From Abditibacterium sp. (GTDB taxonomy: Bacteria > Armatimonadota > Abditibacteriia > Abditibacteriales > Abditibacteriaceae), in the NCBI GenBank assembly GCA_965199495.1, contig CBDASK010000003.1:288001-352000 (forward strand): a stretch of DNA of 64,000 bases, written 5' to 3'. Position numbers and translations under genes: made by a program. Numbering within the stretch: position 1 is the first letter of the stretch; every line of letters starts with the position of its first letter. The notes below the pieces were generated by a model. That model had not been told where the DNA came from. It made no database searches and was given only the letters and a program-made list of their open reading frames with translations. Of the stretch, positions 22,685-31,805 are shown piece by piece.

Positions 22685-23572
22685 ATGTCACAATCGTTTT
22701 CTTTGTTCGAACCTTTGACCGATCTCGAACCCAAACGGCGGCGCGTTTTGGTGACGGGCGCGGCGGGCCGCATCGGTTCGTTTTTCGCCTCCAAAACATA
22801 TGAGAAATATGATTTGCGTTTGATGGTGCGCGAAGACGACGAAGACGTGGACGCCATACAAGAATTCGGCGAAGTCGTGGTTTGCGATTTGTCCGAATTG
22901 CGCCGTCTCGAAACGCTGTGCGAGGGCATGGATACCGTCGTGCATCTGGCGGGCAATCCGTCACCCGAACAAACCTGGGATAGCGTGATCGCCAACAACA
23001 TTACCGGGACTTATAACGCGTTCGTCGCGGCCAAAGCGGCGGGCTGTCGGCGCGTGGTTTACGCGTCTTCGATTCACGCGGTTTCGGGTTATCCGCAGGG
23101 CGTGCAGGTCAAAACCAGCGAGCCGGTCAATCCCGGCGATTTGTATGGCGTCTCCAAATGTTTCGGCGAAGCGCTGGGCCGTTACATGGCGCAGCAGGAA
23201 AATTTGTCAGTTATTGCGCTACGTATCGGCGGCTTTCAACCCGAAACGACCGCGCGTAAACCTGAACTGAGCCTGATGGACGGCTGGGTTTCGCGCGAAG
23301 ATTTGATTCAACTCATCGAACGTTGCATTGACGTGCGCCAATTGAAGTGGGCGGTTTTTCACGCGCTCTCGAACAACACGTTCAATTGTCTCGATATTTC
23401 CGATGCGCGCGAATTGGTCGGTTACAATCCGCAGGACAATTTTACTCGCGAGAATCCGTTGCTCAAAGATTTGCATATTGACGAAGAATTGATGACTCAT
23501 GCTTTAACAGATGAAAGCAAATCGGGATTGCGCGATGAAGTCGCGGCGGCCAAAGGAGAAAACGCAGCTTAA
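22685..23572 (+). CDS. NAD-dependent epimerase/dehydratase (uronate dehydrogenase-like)
   Basis: TGAAGRIG, VHLAG, ASSIHA, YGVSK. Confidence 0.85.
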   Translation: MSQSFSLFEPLTDLEPKRRRVLVTGAAGRIGSFFASKTYEKYDLRLMVREDDEDVDAIQEFGEVVVCDLSELRRLETLCEGMDTVVHLAGNPSPEQTWDSVIANNITGTYNAFVAAKAAGCRRVVYASSIHAVSGYPQGVQVKTSEPVNPGDLYGVSKCFGEALGRYMAQQENLSVIALRIGGFQPETTARKPELSLMDGWVSREDLIQLIERCIDVRQLKWAVFHALSNNTFNCLDISDARELVGYNPQDNFTRENPLLKDLHIDEELMTHALTDESKSGLRDEVAAAKGENAA

Positions 23573-23584
23573 CGGAAACGGAGT

Positions 23585-23601
23585 TTGGCATTATATCTGC
23601 T
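23585..23601 (+). promoter_or_regulatory. Putative sigma54 promoter
   Basis: TTGGCATTATATCTGCT = GG-N10-GC. Confidence 0.55.
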
Positions 23602-23665
23602 TTTTTCTGGGCCACCCCAATTCAAAGGCGAGACCAATCATCGTCTATTTCAAGGAGATAAAATC

Positions 23666-24670
23666 ATGTCAACAGATAACATTAACGATCCGATCATCGA
23701 AAGCACACAGGCGCGTATCGAACAAATCAACCACCCCAACGATCCCGTGGTCGTCACTAACCGCGACGTGGTTGTGGGAACCGATCATGCGCGTCACGGT
23801 TTGGACGACGACCCCAACAACGACGCCGAGAAGGGCGCGGCGTTGGGCGGCCTGGGCGGCGCCGCAGTCGGTGCGGCGGCGGGTTCGATTGCCGGGCCAA
23901 TCGGCACGCTGGTTGGCGCCATCGCTGGCGGATTGGTCGGCGCGGGCGCGTCGGGCGCCGCCGTGGCTGCTGTTGACTCGATGGATAACGACAATACCGT
24001 CACCGGCATCGGCGATGGAGTCACGCTCGATAGCGATGGACGCCGCGTGGATACGGGCTATGCGCAACGCACGGGCGTCGTGATGGACGCGGACGCTCAC
24101 GGCCATAACATCGTGACGGGTGGCGAAGCGCACACCGAAGCGGGCGACACCGGCTTGGCGGGCGGCGCGGTTATCGGCGGCGTCGTTGGCGCGGTTGTTG
24201 GTGGGCCAGTTGGCGCAGTTGTTGGCGGCACTCTGGGTTCGCTGGCGGGCGGCGTGGCGGGCGATGCCACCGAAGCGGCGGACGAAGAGGGTTTGACCCG
24301 TCCCTCGGTTTACAACAGCCCAACCGAAACCAACATGGCGATCAATCCCGCCGCTTACACCGAAGGTTCGACAGCGATGGGCAATGCGGTTGTGCCGCCA
24401 GTCTCCACACCGATGGCCGATTCGGTTGTTGTCGGCGATAATTCGATTGGCGATGGGCACAACATCGTGACGGGCGGCCCAGCCACGACCGAGGCGGGCG
24501 ACGACGGATTGGCGGGCGGCGCCGTTGTTGGTGGCGTTATCGGAGCGGCGGTCGGCGGCCCGGTCGGCGCGGTCGTTGGCGGCACTTTGGGTTCGCTGGC
24601 GGGCGGCGTGGCTGGCGATGCGGCGGAAGCCGCCGCCGACGATGAGGTGACGCGCACCGATGTCCGTTAA
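23666..24670 (+). CDS. Acidic protein with three glycine-zipper hairpins
   Basis: AAGGAG RBS; repeated GxxxG segments; internal repeat GHNIVTGG...TEAGD.GLAGGAV; paralog of 56753-57175. Confidence 0.85.
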   Translation: MSTDNINDPIIESTQARIEQINHPNDPVVVTNRDVVVGTDHARHGLDDDPNNDAEKGAALGGLGGAAVGAAAGSIAGPIGTLVGAIAGGLVGAGASGAAVAAVDSMDNDNTVTGIGDGVTLDSDGRRVDTGYAQRTGVVMDADAHGHNIVTGGEAHTEAGDTGLAGGAVIGGVVGAVVGGPVGAVVGGTLGSLAGGVAGDATEAADEEGLTRPSVYNSPTETNMAINPAAYTEGSTAMGNAVVPPVSTPMADSVVVGDNSIGDGHNIVTGGPATTEAGDDGLAGGAVVGGVIGAAVGGPVGAVVGGTLGSLAGGVAGDAAEAAADDEVTRTDVR

Positions 24671-25061
24671 AGAAGAAGACATCGCCCGCGCTAACAATTA
24701 CGCGGGCGAGGCTTTTCAAGCCGATGCCGCGATGAACGAGGCGGTTCGTCCGATGGATCAAACTCCATCGGACGACGAAGTTAAACCCTCGGAGCAGACC
24801 GATTATCGCAGCGTAGACAATGGCCTGACCAGCATCGGTTCAACGAGCGAAAATGCCGACACCGCCATTTTGGGCCAGACCGATACGCCCGGAGTGCGCA
24901 CAGGCAGCGATGGAAATGCGCCCGGTGTCGAAGTCGTCGGACGCACGCAACAAGGGCCAGATGCCGAAGAGATCGTCGCCAGCGAATCCGATCCGATTAG
25001 CGGCGATAACGTAGACGACAAAACGGGCGGTGGCTTCGTCAACGACCCAGAAAATCGTTGA
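24660..25061 (+). CDS. Acidic hydrophilic hypothetical protein
   Basis: Overlaps upstream stop; C-terminal GDNVDDKTGG shared with 56753-57175. Confidence 0.75.
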   Translation: MSVKEEDIARANNYAGEAFQADAAMNEAVRPMDQTPSDDEVKPSEQTDYRSVDNGLTSIGSTSENADTAILGQTDTPGVRTGSDGNAPGVEVVGRTQQGPDAEEIVASESDPISGDNVDDKTGGGFVNDPENR

Positions 25062-25085
25062 TTTTCACCACAAGGAGAAAATAAC

Positions 25086-25262
25086 ATGGAAAATCCAAAA
25101 ACCGAAGAAACTACGCACAGCGATTCTACCGAACCGATTATCTCATGGTCGGGTGTGCAGGGAGAAACTCAAAGCGAAGACGTTGAAATTCCCAATGCGC
25201 AAGAACTCGATGTCGAAGAAAACAGAAGTGAAGATGGAGTTTCGGACACGAAAACAAATTAG
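25086..25262 (+). CDS. Small acidic protein (58 aa, MENPKTEETT...)
   Basis: AAGGAG RBS, ATG at 25086 and TAG at 25260, followed by a terminator; below the ORF-track cutoff. Confidence 0.65.
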   Translation: MENPKTEETTHSDSTEPIISWSGVQGETQSEDVEIPNAQELDVEENRSEDGVSDTKTN

Positions 25263-25271
25263 CCAATTGAG

Positions 25272-25307
25272 AAAAGCCGCGAATGGACTGTCCATTCGCG
25301 GCTTTTT
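25272..25307 (+). terminator. Intrinsic terminator
   Basis: AAAAGCCGCGAATGGAC-T-GTCCATTCGCGGCTTTTT. Confidence 0.8.
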
Positions 25308-25392
25308 GCGTTCTGCTTTTAATCAGATTTCTTCAAACCCAATAAAACCTCCGCCTTCATCAGAGAAAGCGGAGGTTTTATTTGATCGAACT

Positions 25393-26211
25393 CTATCGGC
25401 GTCCGCCCCACCAGCCGTTGGGACTGGCCGAGGGATTGAAAAGCTGTCCGCCGTCCGACTTACTCTTGGTTTCAAGATAGGCCGATACGCCCGACCAGAC
25501 GCCCTCACTGGCTAACGCCTGATAATCGCCGACATCGAGTTTGCCGCCCTTATGGAGAGCCTGATACTTTTGAAACGTCTTTGCAGAAGCGGGGTCGTTA
25601 AACACCAAGACCTGCATTGTCGTCCAACGGCCACCGGGAGCAATCGCCTGTCTGGCAGATCTCGCGAGTTGCCCCGCTTGAACATCTGAGAGACCGGGCG
25701 TATTCGACATGATCGCCACCGTTCCGTTAGACCAGCGCGGATTGGGCGGCACCACGATTTTGAATGTCGCTACTCGCGGCGTGCCTCCATCCGTCGGGTT
25801 TCCACTGGGACCAATCGTCGGCGGGCTTATGACTGGCGCTTGTTGAAGCGGTTGCACCTGTTGCACAGTTGTTACTGTTTCGTTTGGGCCATCTGGCAAT
25901 GTGGGCAAATCGGTGGAAGTGTTTCCGCCTCCGCCACCACCGAACATTCCAGTAGTGAACCCTCCGATGATGAGCGCGGCCACCAGCAGACCAGCAACTA
26001 AAAATATCTTTGGATCGATCGCTTTTTTCTCGTCGTCCGCGTGGGCGGCAGTGGCAGCGGGTGTCACTGCGGCTGCGCCTCCACGGGGTGCGACTAAACC
26101 TCCTCCTGCAACGGCGGCGGCGCCACCAGCTAATGGCGTATAGCACGCCCAACACATCACGGCCTCAGCCGGATTTTCTTCCCCACATTTGGGGCATTTT
26201 TTATTGGCCAC
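25393..26211 (-). CDS. Zinc-ribbon, membrane-anchored hypothetical protein
   Basis: CPKCG...CWAC N-terminus, one TM segment, AAGGAG RBS. Confidence 0.75.
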   Translation of the reverse strand: MANKKCPKCGEENPAEAVMCWACYTPLAGGAAAVAGGGLVAPRGGAAAVTPAATAAHADDEKKAIDPKIFLVAGLLVAALIIGGFTTGMFGGGGGGNTSTDLPTLPDGPNETVTTVQQVQPLQQAPVISPPTIGPSGNPTDGGTPRVATFKIVVPPNPRWSNGTVAIMSNTPGLSDVQAGQLARSARQAIAPGGRWTTMQVLVFNDPASAKTFQKYQALHKGGKLDVGDYQALASEGVWSGVSAYLETKSKSDGGQLFNPSASPNGWWGGRR

Positions 26212-26522
26212 GGAACTCCTTGGTATGATGAAAATTAAAAAACCGCTTTTATTTTACCCATCTTGACAACTATTTAAACAGGCAACCGAAAAACGATACC
26301 CTCAATATAACTAAAATCCCCAAACAAAACCGGGTTTTCAGGCGATTTTCGTTGGTATTGATGAATGAATTTCGGTTTTTCTGTGATTAGTCCCTTTTTT
26401 GAAAACTCTGACAACACAATGATGCGCAGAATCGAATTTTTCGCTTTCGAGGCTCACTGATCTAAAAACAATCGGATGTCCCGCAAAATAATTATTCAGA
26501 GGGTAAACGGTATGCCTTCAGT

Positions 26523-27971
26523 TTAACGCGAAAGCACATCATTTTCACCTACACGATGCAATTTCATCAGATTGGTTGAACCTGACAGCGTCACGGGCGC
26601 GCCCAAGATAACCACGACCTTGTCGCCCGGCGCCACCAAACCCGACGCCAACAACTCTTTGTCGGCCAAGCCAATCATTTCGTCGGTCGAAAAACTCGGC
26701 GCGATGGGCATGGCCCGCACGCCCCACGCCATATTCAACTGGCGCACGACCCACGGATAAGGTGTCATCGCCAAAACCGGGACGGGCGGACGAAATTTGG
26801 CCAGTTTGCGCGCCGTACTGCCGCGCTCGGTGAAGCAGACGATGGCCTTGGCATTGAGATTTCCCGCCGCGCTGGCCGCCGCCTGACAGATCGCCGACGC
26901 AAAATCGTCTTCGCCATAAGAAAACAGATACGGCCCGGCCTTGCCGTCTTCGATAGCGCCTTCGGTTTTGGAAACGATGCGCGCCATCGTTTTCACGGCG
27001 TCAATGGGATGACTGCCCGCCGCCGTTTCGCCCGAAAGCATCACCGCATCCGTTCCGTCAATGATGGCATTAGCCACGTCGGATGCCTCGGCGCGCGTCG
27101 GGCGCGGATTCACCGTCATGCTTTCCAGCATTTGAGTGGCTGTGATAACCATTTTGCCCAGCGCGTTGGCGCGGCTGATGATGCGTTTTTGCAGCATCGG
27201 CACATCTTCGGGTGCCATCTCGACGCCCAAATCGCCGCGCGCCACCATCACGCCGTCCGACGCTTCGATAATCTCGTCGAGATTATCCATCGCTTCGGGT
27301 TTTTCCAATTTGGAAATCAACTTGATATTGCTCATCGAGCCGTTGATAATATCGCGGAGTTGCATCACGTCTTCGACGCGGCGCACAAACGAAAGCGCGA
27401 CGTAATCCAATTTTTGCGCGATGGCCCATTCGACATCGTGCAAATCTTTGTCGCTGAGGGCGGGCGCCGAAACGTTGACGCCGGGCAAATTGATGCCCTT
27501 GCTATTTTTCAAAATGCCGCCGTCCACGACAACGCATTTGACATCGGTATCGGTCGTGGCTTCGACGCGCAGCGACAGATTGCCATCGTCTAATAAAATC
27601 GAATCGTTGACGCGGCAATCGCGCGGCAGAGCGTGATAGGTCGTCGAAACCTCGCTTTCGTCGCCCTCGACGTTGCGCGTGGTGAGCGTGAAAGAGCGGC
27701 CCGCGACCAATTCGATGGGGCCACAGGCCAAGTTGCCGGTGCGAATTTTTGGGCCTTGCAGGTCTTGCAGCAGAGCCACCGGGCGTCCTTCTTCGCGCGA
27801 GATTTCGCGCAGTTGCTCGACATGCGGCGCATGAGCCAACGGGCCGCCATGCGAAAAATTGAAGCGCGCCACGTCCATGCCCGAAAGCACGAGCGCGCGC
27901 ATGACTTGATGCCCTTGCGAAGCCGGGCCGAGCGTAGCGATGATTTTGGCGCGACGAGAATGTAAATCCAT
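26523..27971 (-). CDS. pyk: Pyruvate kinase
   Basis: KIIATLGPAS, RFNFSHG, DLQGPKIR, MVARGDLG, TATQML, LSGETA. Confidence 0.97.
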   Translation of the reverse strand: MDLHSRRAKIIATLGPASQGHQVMRALVLSGMDVARFNFSHGGPLAHAPHVEQLREISREEGRPVALLQDLQGPKIRTGNLACGPIELVAGRSFTLTTRNVEGDESEVSTTYHALPRDCRVNDSILLDDGNLSLRVEATTDTDVKCVVVDGGILKNSKGINLPGVNVSAPALSDKDLHDVEWAIAQKLDYVALSFVRRVEDVMQLRDIINGSMSNIKLISKLEKPEAMDNLDEIIEASDGVMVARGDLGVEMAPEDVPMLQKRIISRANALGKMVITATQMLESMTVNPRPTRAEASDVANAIIDGTDAVMLSGETAAGSHPIDAVKTMARIVSKTEGAIEDGKAGPYLFSYGEDDFASAICQAAASAAGNLNAKAIVCFTERGSTARKLAKFRPPVPVLAMTPYPWVVRQLNMAWGVRAMPIAPSFSTDEMIGLADKELLASGLVAPGDKVVVILGAPVTLSGSTNLMKLHRVGENDVLSR

Positions 27972-28073
27972 AAATAACTCCGAAAGCGAAAACGCACTTC
28001 GCCCCCGCAAATTGTAACGCGATTGGGCCTTTGGTTTCAAGCGCAAATTAAGAAGCAGAACTGACATACACAT

Positions 28074-28113
28074 ACGAAAGGGCAGCGACTTGGTCAAGTC
28101 GCTGCCCTTTCGT
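28074..28113 (-). terminator. Hairpin terminator
   Basis: ACGAAAGGGCAGCGACTTG-GT-CAAGTCGCTGCCCTTTCGT. Confidence 0.7.
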
Positions 28114-28129
28114 TATTTTTCGAGAATGC

Positions 28130-29062
28130 TTAGCCGTCGCCGCCCAGATCGCCCTGACCAATCGAATCGAACGAATTCGACGGTTGATTGAGACCTTTTT
28201 GCATCGGAGAATATTCGACGGTGTAAGCGCCCGCGTTGAAGTAGCGTTGGTTGGCTTTGTCGCTGGTGTAACTCTTCAAAAGTTCCTTAACGCCGTCGCC
28301 CTTGCGCTTGCGTTTGGTGGGCTGAAAATAATCGTCAATGGTCTCCAGCCACGGCGAGACCACAACTTCGCCCGTGTTGCTCAGGCGCGACGGCGGATTG
28401 ACGCGCAATGGATCGTTGATATAGGACGTGATGGCGGCGTTGAGTTCGCTGTCAAGGTTAAATCCCAGAATCGAGCCGCTCACGGCACGCGGCCCAGATT
28501 TGGTGCCGTCCATCAACACGAACAAAGCGCGTGGGTCAATGGCGATGATTTTCTTGCGCAGTTCGTCCAGACTCATCTGTTCGCCAGCGACTTTATGCTT
28601 TTGCGTAGTTAGACCGGCGATGTCGCCGACATTGCTCACCGGATACGCCTGCGCGACGGCTTGCAGAAACAGACCGTTATAGGCGTTGATATAAAATGAC
28701 AACGGCTGGCGCTGATCGAGATAAGGTGCGCCTGTTTCATCTTTGTCTTTGAAGACCGGAAAATTGTTCATATCCGCCTCGCCGACCGCGCGCACGAAAA
28801 CGGCGAGGTCGTCGTTGTTGCGGGCGAAACCGTAATTCACTTCGCCCGCTTTATTAACGACTTTGGACATCACGCGATTGAGAATTTCGTAGGGAAACGC
28901 CACGCCCTGCCCCAACGCTTTGATCTGTTCGATGGTCATATCGGCGGCGGCGGGCCGCGTAGGCGCGACAGTCACGATGCCGGTGGCTTGTGCGTGCGCT
29001 GCTAAGGAGAGCGGTGCCAGCAGACCGATGGCGAGTAAGGCGGGAAGAATTCGGGTTTTCAT
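28130..29062 (-). CDS. Exported DUF547-like protein
   Basis: Signal peptide; V...G.VNY, FYINAYN, DPRALF. Confidence 0.75.
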   Translation of the reverse strand: MKTRILPALLAIGLLAPLSLAAHAQATGIVTVAPTRPAAADMTIEQIKALGQGVAFPYEILNRVMSKVVNKAGEVNYGFARNNDDLAVFVRAVGEADMNNFPVFKDKDETGAPYLDQRQPLSFYINAYNGLFLQAVAQAYPVSNVGDIAGLTTQKHKVAGEQMSLDELRKKIIAIDPRALFVLMDGTKSGPRAVSGSILGFNLDSELNAAITSYINDPLRVNPPSRLSNTGEVVVSPWLETIDDYFQPTKRKRKGDGVKELLKSYTSDKANQRYFNAGAYTVEYSPMQKGLNQPSNSFDSIGQGDLGGDG

Positions 29063-29169
29063 GGGAATTATGCGTTGTATTTTCTTTTGTTGGAGTTTGA
29101 GTTGGGCCAGACGTTGCATCCGCGCTCAGAGTTCGCGAGTTTTTGACTAAGTCTCTTTAACATAACAAT

Positions 29170-29832
29170 TTATCGCTCGCGGTAACTCGCGCCCAACTCG
29201 CGAATCGCGTTTTGCCAACGCCGCCCGATCTCTTCCAACACTTCGCGGCTGGCGCGTTGCGCATACAAATCGTTCAACTCCAACGGTTTGCCGATGCGAA
29301 TTTCGGTGCGCACGAGTTTAAATTTCGGGTTCATCGGCGAAAGCGCGCGGTTGGTGCCACCCAGAAATATCGGCACAATCGCGGCTTTGGCGCCGTGCGC
29401 CATCATCGCCACGCCGATTTCGGGCGCTTGCAGTTGGCCATCGCGCGAGCGTGTGCCTTCGGGGAAAATAATGATCGCCTCGCCCTCTTTGAGCAACCTG
29501 CGCGCGGTGCGCATCGCGCGGCGGTCGGCCTCGCCGCGATGAACGGGAAAGGTGCCCATCTGCTCGATGACCCAGCCGAAGGCGCCTTTGAACAGTTCGG
29601 CTTTGGCCATCGTGTAGGGCCAGCGCCCGCACGAAACGCCGACGATGGGCGGATCTAAATCGGAAACGTGATTGGGCGCCAAAATCACCGGGCCGCTCTG
29701 CGGAACATTGCGCCGACCGTAAACGCGCGAACGGCCCAAACGCAGATAGCCTTTATAGAGCGCGGTCATAATCGCGAAGACAACGGTATGGCGTGGCACG
29801 AAATCGGGAGCAAAGGCTTTGTTGGGTTTCAT
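29170..29832 (-). CDS. Lysophospholipid acyltransferase (PlsC family)
   Basis: NHVSDLD (HX4D), FPEGTRS. Confidence 0.9.
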   Translation of the reverse strand: MKPNKAFAPDFVPRHTVVFAIMTALYKGYLRLGRSRVYGRRNVPQSGPVILAPNHVSDLDPPIVGVSCGRWPYTMAKAELFKGAFGWVIEQMGTFPVHRGEADRRAMRTARRLLKEGEAIIIFPEGTRSRDGQLQAPEIGVAMMAHGAKAAIVPIFLGGTNRALSPMNPKFKLVRTEIRIGKPLELNDLYAQRASREVLEEIGRRWQNAIRELGASYRER

Positions 29833-29918
29833 CGAAAGGTCGGCTTCTTCGTTTACCAAATTTCGCGACGCGTGTTCGCGAATTTCTCGTTACGCGCGAA
29901 AATCGCTGAGAATTGAGT

Positions 29919-30141
29919 TAACGCTGTGTGCAAGTTCTAAAACCGCTTGGATTGTCATGGGTGCGCAGTGAGGAACGAACGAAGTCGAAGAATCCACCAA
30001 TTGCGCGTTGACTTCGCTTTGGTTTCGACTCTAAATTATGGATTCTTCGACTTCGTTCGTTCCTGCTGCCCAGAGGGCGCCCGCGCTCAGAATGACAAAG
30101 GGGGAGAGAGTGAACGTGAATAGAACTTGTACACGGAGTCA
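29919..30141 (-). mobile_element. Composite MITE-like element, copy 2 (inverted relative to copy 1)
   Basis: Ends GTGTGCAAGTTCTA / TAGAACTTGTACAC; inner IR AGGAACGAACGAAGTCGAAGAATCCA; shares about 50 nt of terminal sequence with 17505-17557. Confidence 0.7.
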
Positions 30142-30158
30142 CCTCCAATTTATTAACC

Positions 30159-30839
30159 ATGAGATTTCTTGATAATCAATCGCCCCAGGCGCGCGCAAAG
30201 CAACTGTTGCTGGCGTGGGGCTTGGTGCTGGCGCCGTTTTTATTGTGGGGCGGGCTGGCCGAAAATATTTGGAAGCGCGAATCGTTTCGCTTCGACAACC
30301 CGATTTTGCTGTGGCTGCACGCGCACTCTAACACCTTTCTCGACCGCCTGATGGTGGGATTGTCGCTCGTCGGCGGGTACCCGTTGCTCGTCGCATCGGT
30401 GCTGTTGTGCGTGGGTTTTTGGCTGGCGCACAAACATCGCGAGGCGCTTTTTGTCGCGCTGTGCATGGGCGGCGCGAGCGCGCTCAACGTCACCGCAAAA
30501 ATTATCTTTCATCGCACGCGGCCCGATTTGTGGGTTTCGCTGGCGCCCGAACACGATTATAGTTTTCCCAGTGGGCACGCGATGGTTTCGAGCGCATTTA
30601 TCGCCACGATTTTGGCGCTGATCTGGGCGGCGACCAGCACTACAGCCACCGGCAGGATGTGGCGCTCGATTGCGGCGCCAATTGGCGTTGTGTTCGTGCT
30701 GGCGGTGGGTTTATCGCGGCTTTATTTGGGCGTGCATTATCCGTCGGATATTTTGGCGGGTTGGCTGGCCTCGCTGGGTTGGGTCGCCATGATTCGGATC
30801 TTTCAGATTTTGCCGAAGTTTGTGAGACAAAACAAATAA
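30159..30839 (+). CDS. PAP2 family phosphatase
   Basis: K..F.R.RP, SFPSGH, SRLYLGVHYPSD. Confidence 0.92.
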   Translation: MRFLDNQSPQARAKQLLLAWGLVLAPFLLWGGLAENIWKRESFRFDNPILLWLHAHSNTFLDRLMVGLSLVGGYPLLVASVLLCVGFWLAHKHREALFVALCMGGASALNVTAKIIFHRTRPDLWVSLAPEHDYSFPSGHAMVSSAFIATILALIWAATSTTATGRMWRSIAAPIGVVFVLAVGLSRLYLGVHYPSDILAGWLASLGWVAMIRIFQILPKFVRQNK

Positions 30840-31017
30840 AGCCCACGCTTGGCCAAATTGGAGAGATATTTGGATCGGCGCGGGCTTTACTGTTTTCAAG
30901 ACGAGCAAAGAGCGTCCCATCGTTCCTTGGCGTGAGAAACTTCTTAGCCGAAAACTGCGGGATTTATCAAGAAAAAGCACAATTCGTTGGTTGAACGGGT
31001 CACACTCTAACCTAATT

Positions 31018-31683
31018 ATGAACGTTCTCATTGTCGAAGATGAACCCGGTGTCGCGCGCTTTCTCAATCAGGCGTGTCAGGAAGCCGGTTATATGGCGCG
31101 CGTTGAAACCGATGGTGCGCGCGCGTTGGATGCGGCCAAAGCGCAGAATTTCGATCTGATTTTATTGGATGTGATGCTGCCTTCGATGGACGGATTTGAA
31201 GTCTGTCGGCGCTTGCGCACGGCGGAGATAGATTCGCGCGTTTTGATGATTACCGCGCGCGACACGCTCGAAGACAAAGTCGCCGGATTGGACGCGGGCG
31301 CCGATGATTACGTTTGCAAACCGTTTCGCGTCGCCGAAATTCTGGCGCGTATGCGGGCTTTGCTGCGCCGCAAAGATTCGGGCGCGGCGATGTTGGAAGT
31401 CGGCGATTTGTTGCTCGATCCGGTCACGCGTCTGGCCACGCGCGATGGCAAACAAATTCGGCTGTCGGCCACCGAATATTCTCTGCTCGAATTTCTGATG
31501 CGACACGCCGGAAAAACCATGCCGCGCAGCGTGATTTTAGAACACGTCTGGCAATACGATTTCGCCGGTCACGACAACGTTTTGGACGTTTATATCGGCT
31601 ACCTGCGCGCCAAAATAGACAAGGGTTACGCGCCGCTCATTCACACCGCGCGCGGCGTCGGCTACCGTTTGGGCGTAGAGTAA
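31018..31683 (+). CDS. OmpR-family response regulator
   Basis: VEDE, LDVMLP, GADDY, C-terminal TARGVGY. Confidence 0.93.
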   Translation: MNVLIVEDEPGVARFLNQACQEAGYMARVETDGARALDAAKAQNFDLILLDVMLPSMDGFEVCRRLRTAEIDSRVLMITARDTLEDKVAGLDAGADDYVCKPFRVAEILARMRALLRRKDSGAAMLEVGDLLLDPVTRLATRDGKQIRLSATEYSLLEFLMRHAGKTMPRSVILEHVWQYDFAGHDNVLDVYIGYLRAKIDKGYAPLIHTARGVGYRLGVE

Positions 31684-31693
31684 ATGTAAATGC

Positions 31694-31803
31694 TGGATAA
31701 TCGGATGCCAGATTTCGGATTTCGGATAGATCAAAGAGATTTATAAGAAGGCGATTTCTTCAAACCGTCCGAGTTCCGATTATCTGCTATCCGACATCCG
31801 AAA
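31694..31803. repeat. Inverted pair of degenerate heptamer arrays (CGGATTT-like)
   Basis: CGGATGC CAGATTT CGGATTT CGGATAG ... TCCGAGT TCCGATT ATCTGCT ATCCGAC ATCCGAA. Confidence 0.65.
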
Positions 31804-31805
31804 CC

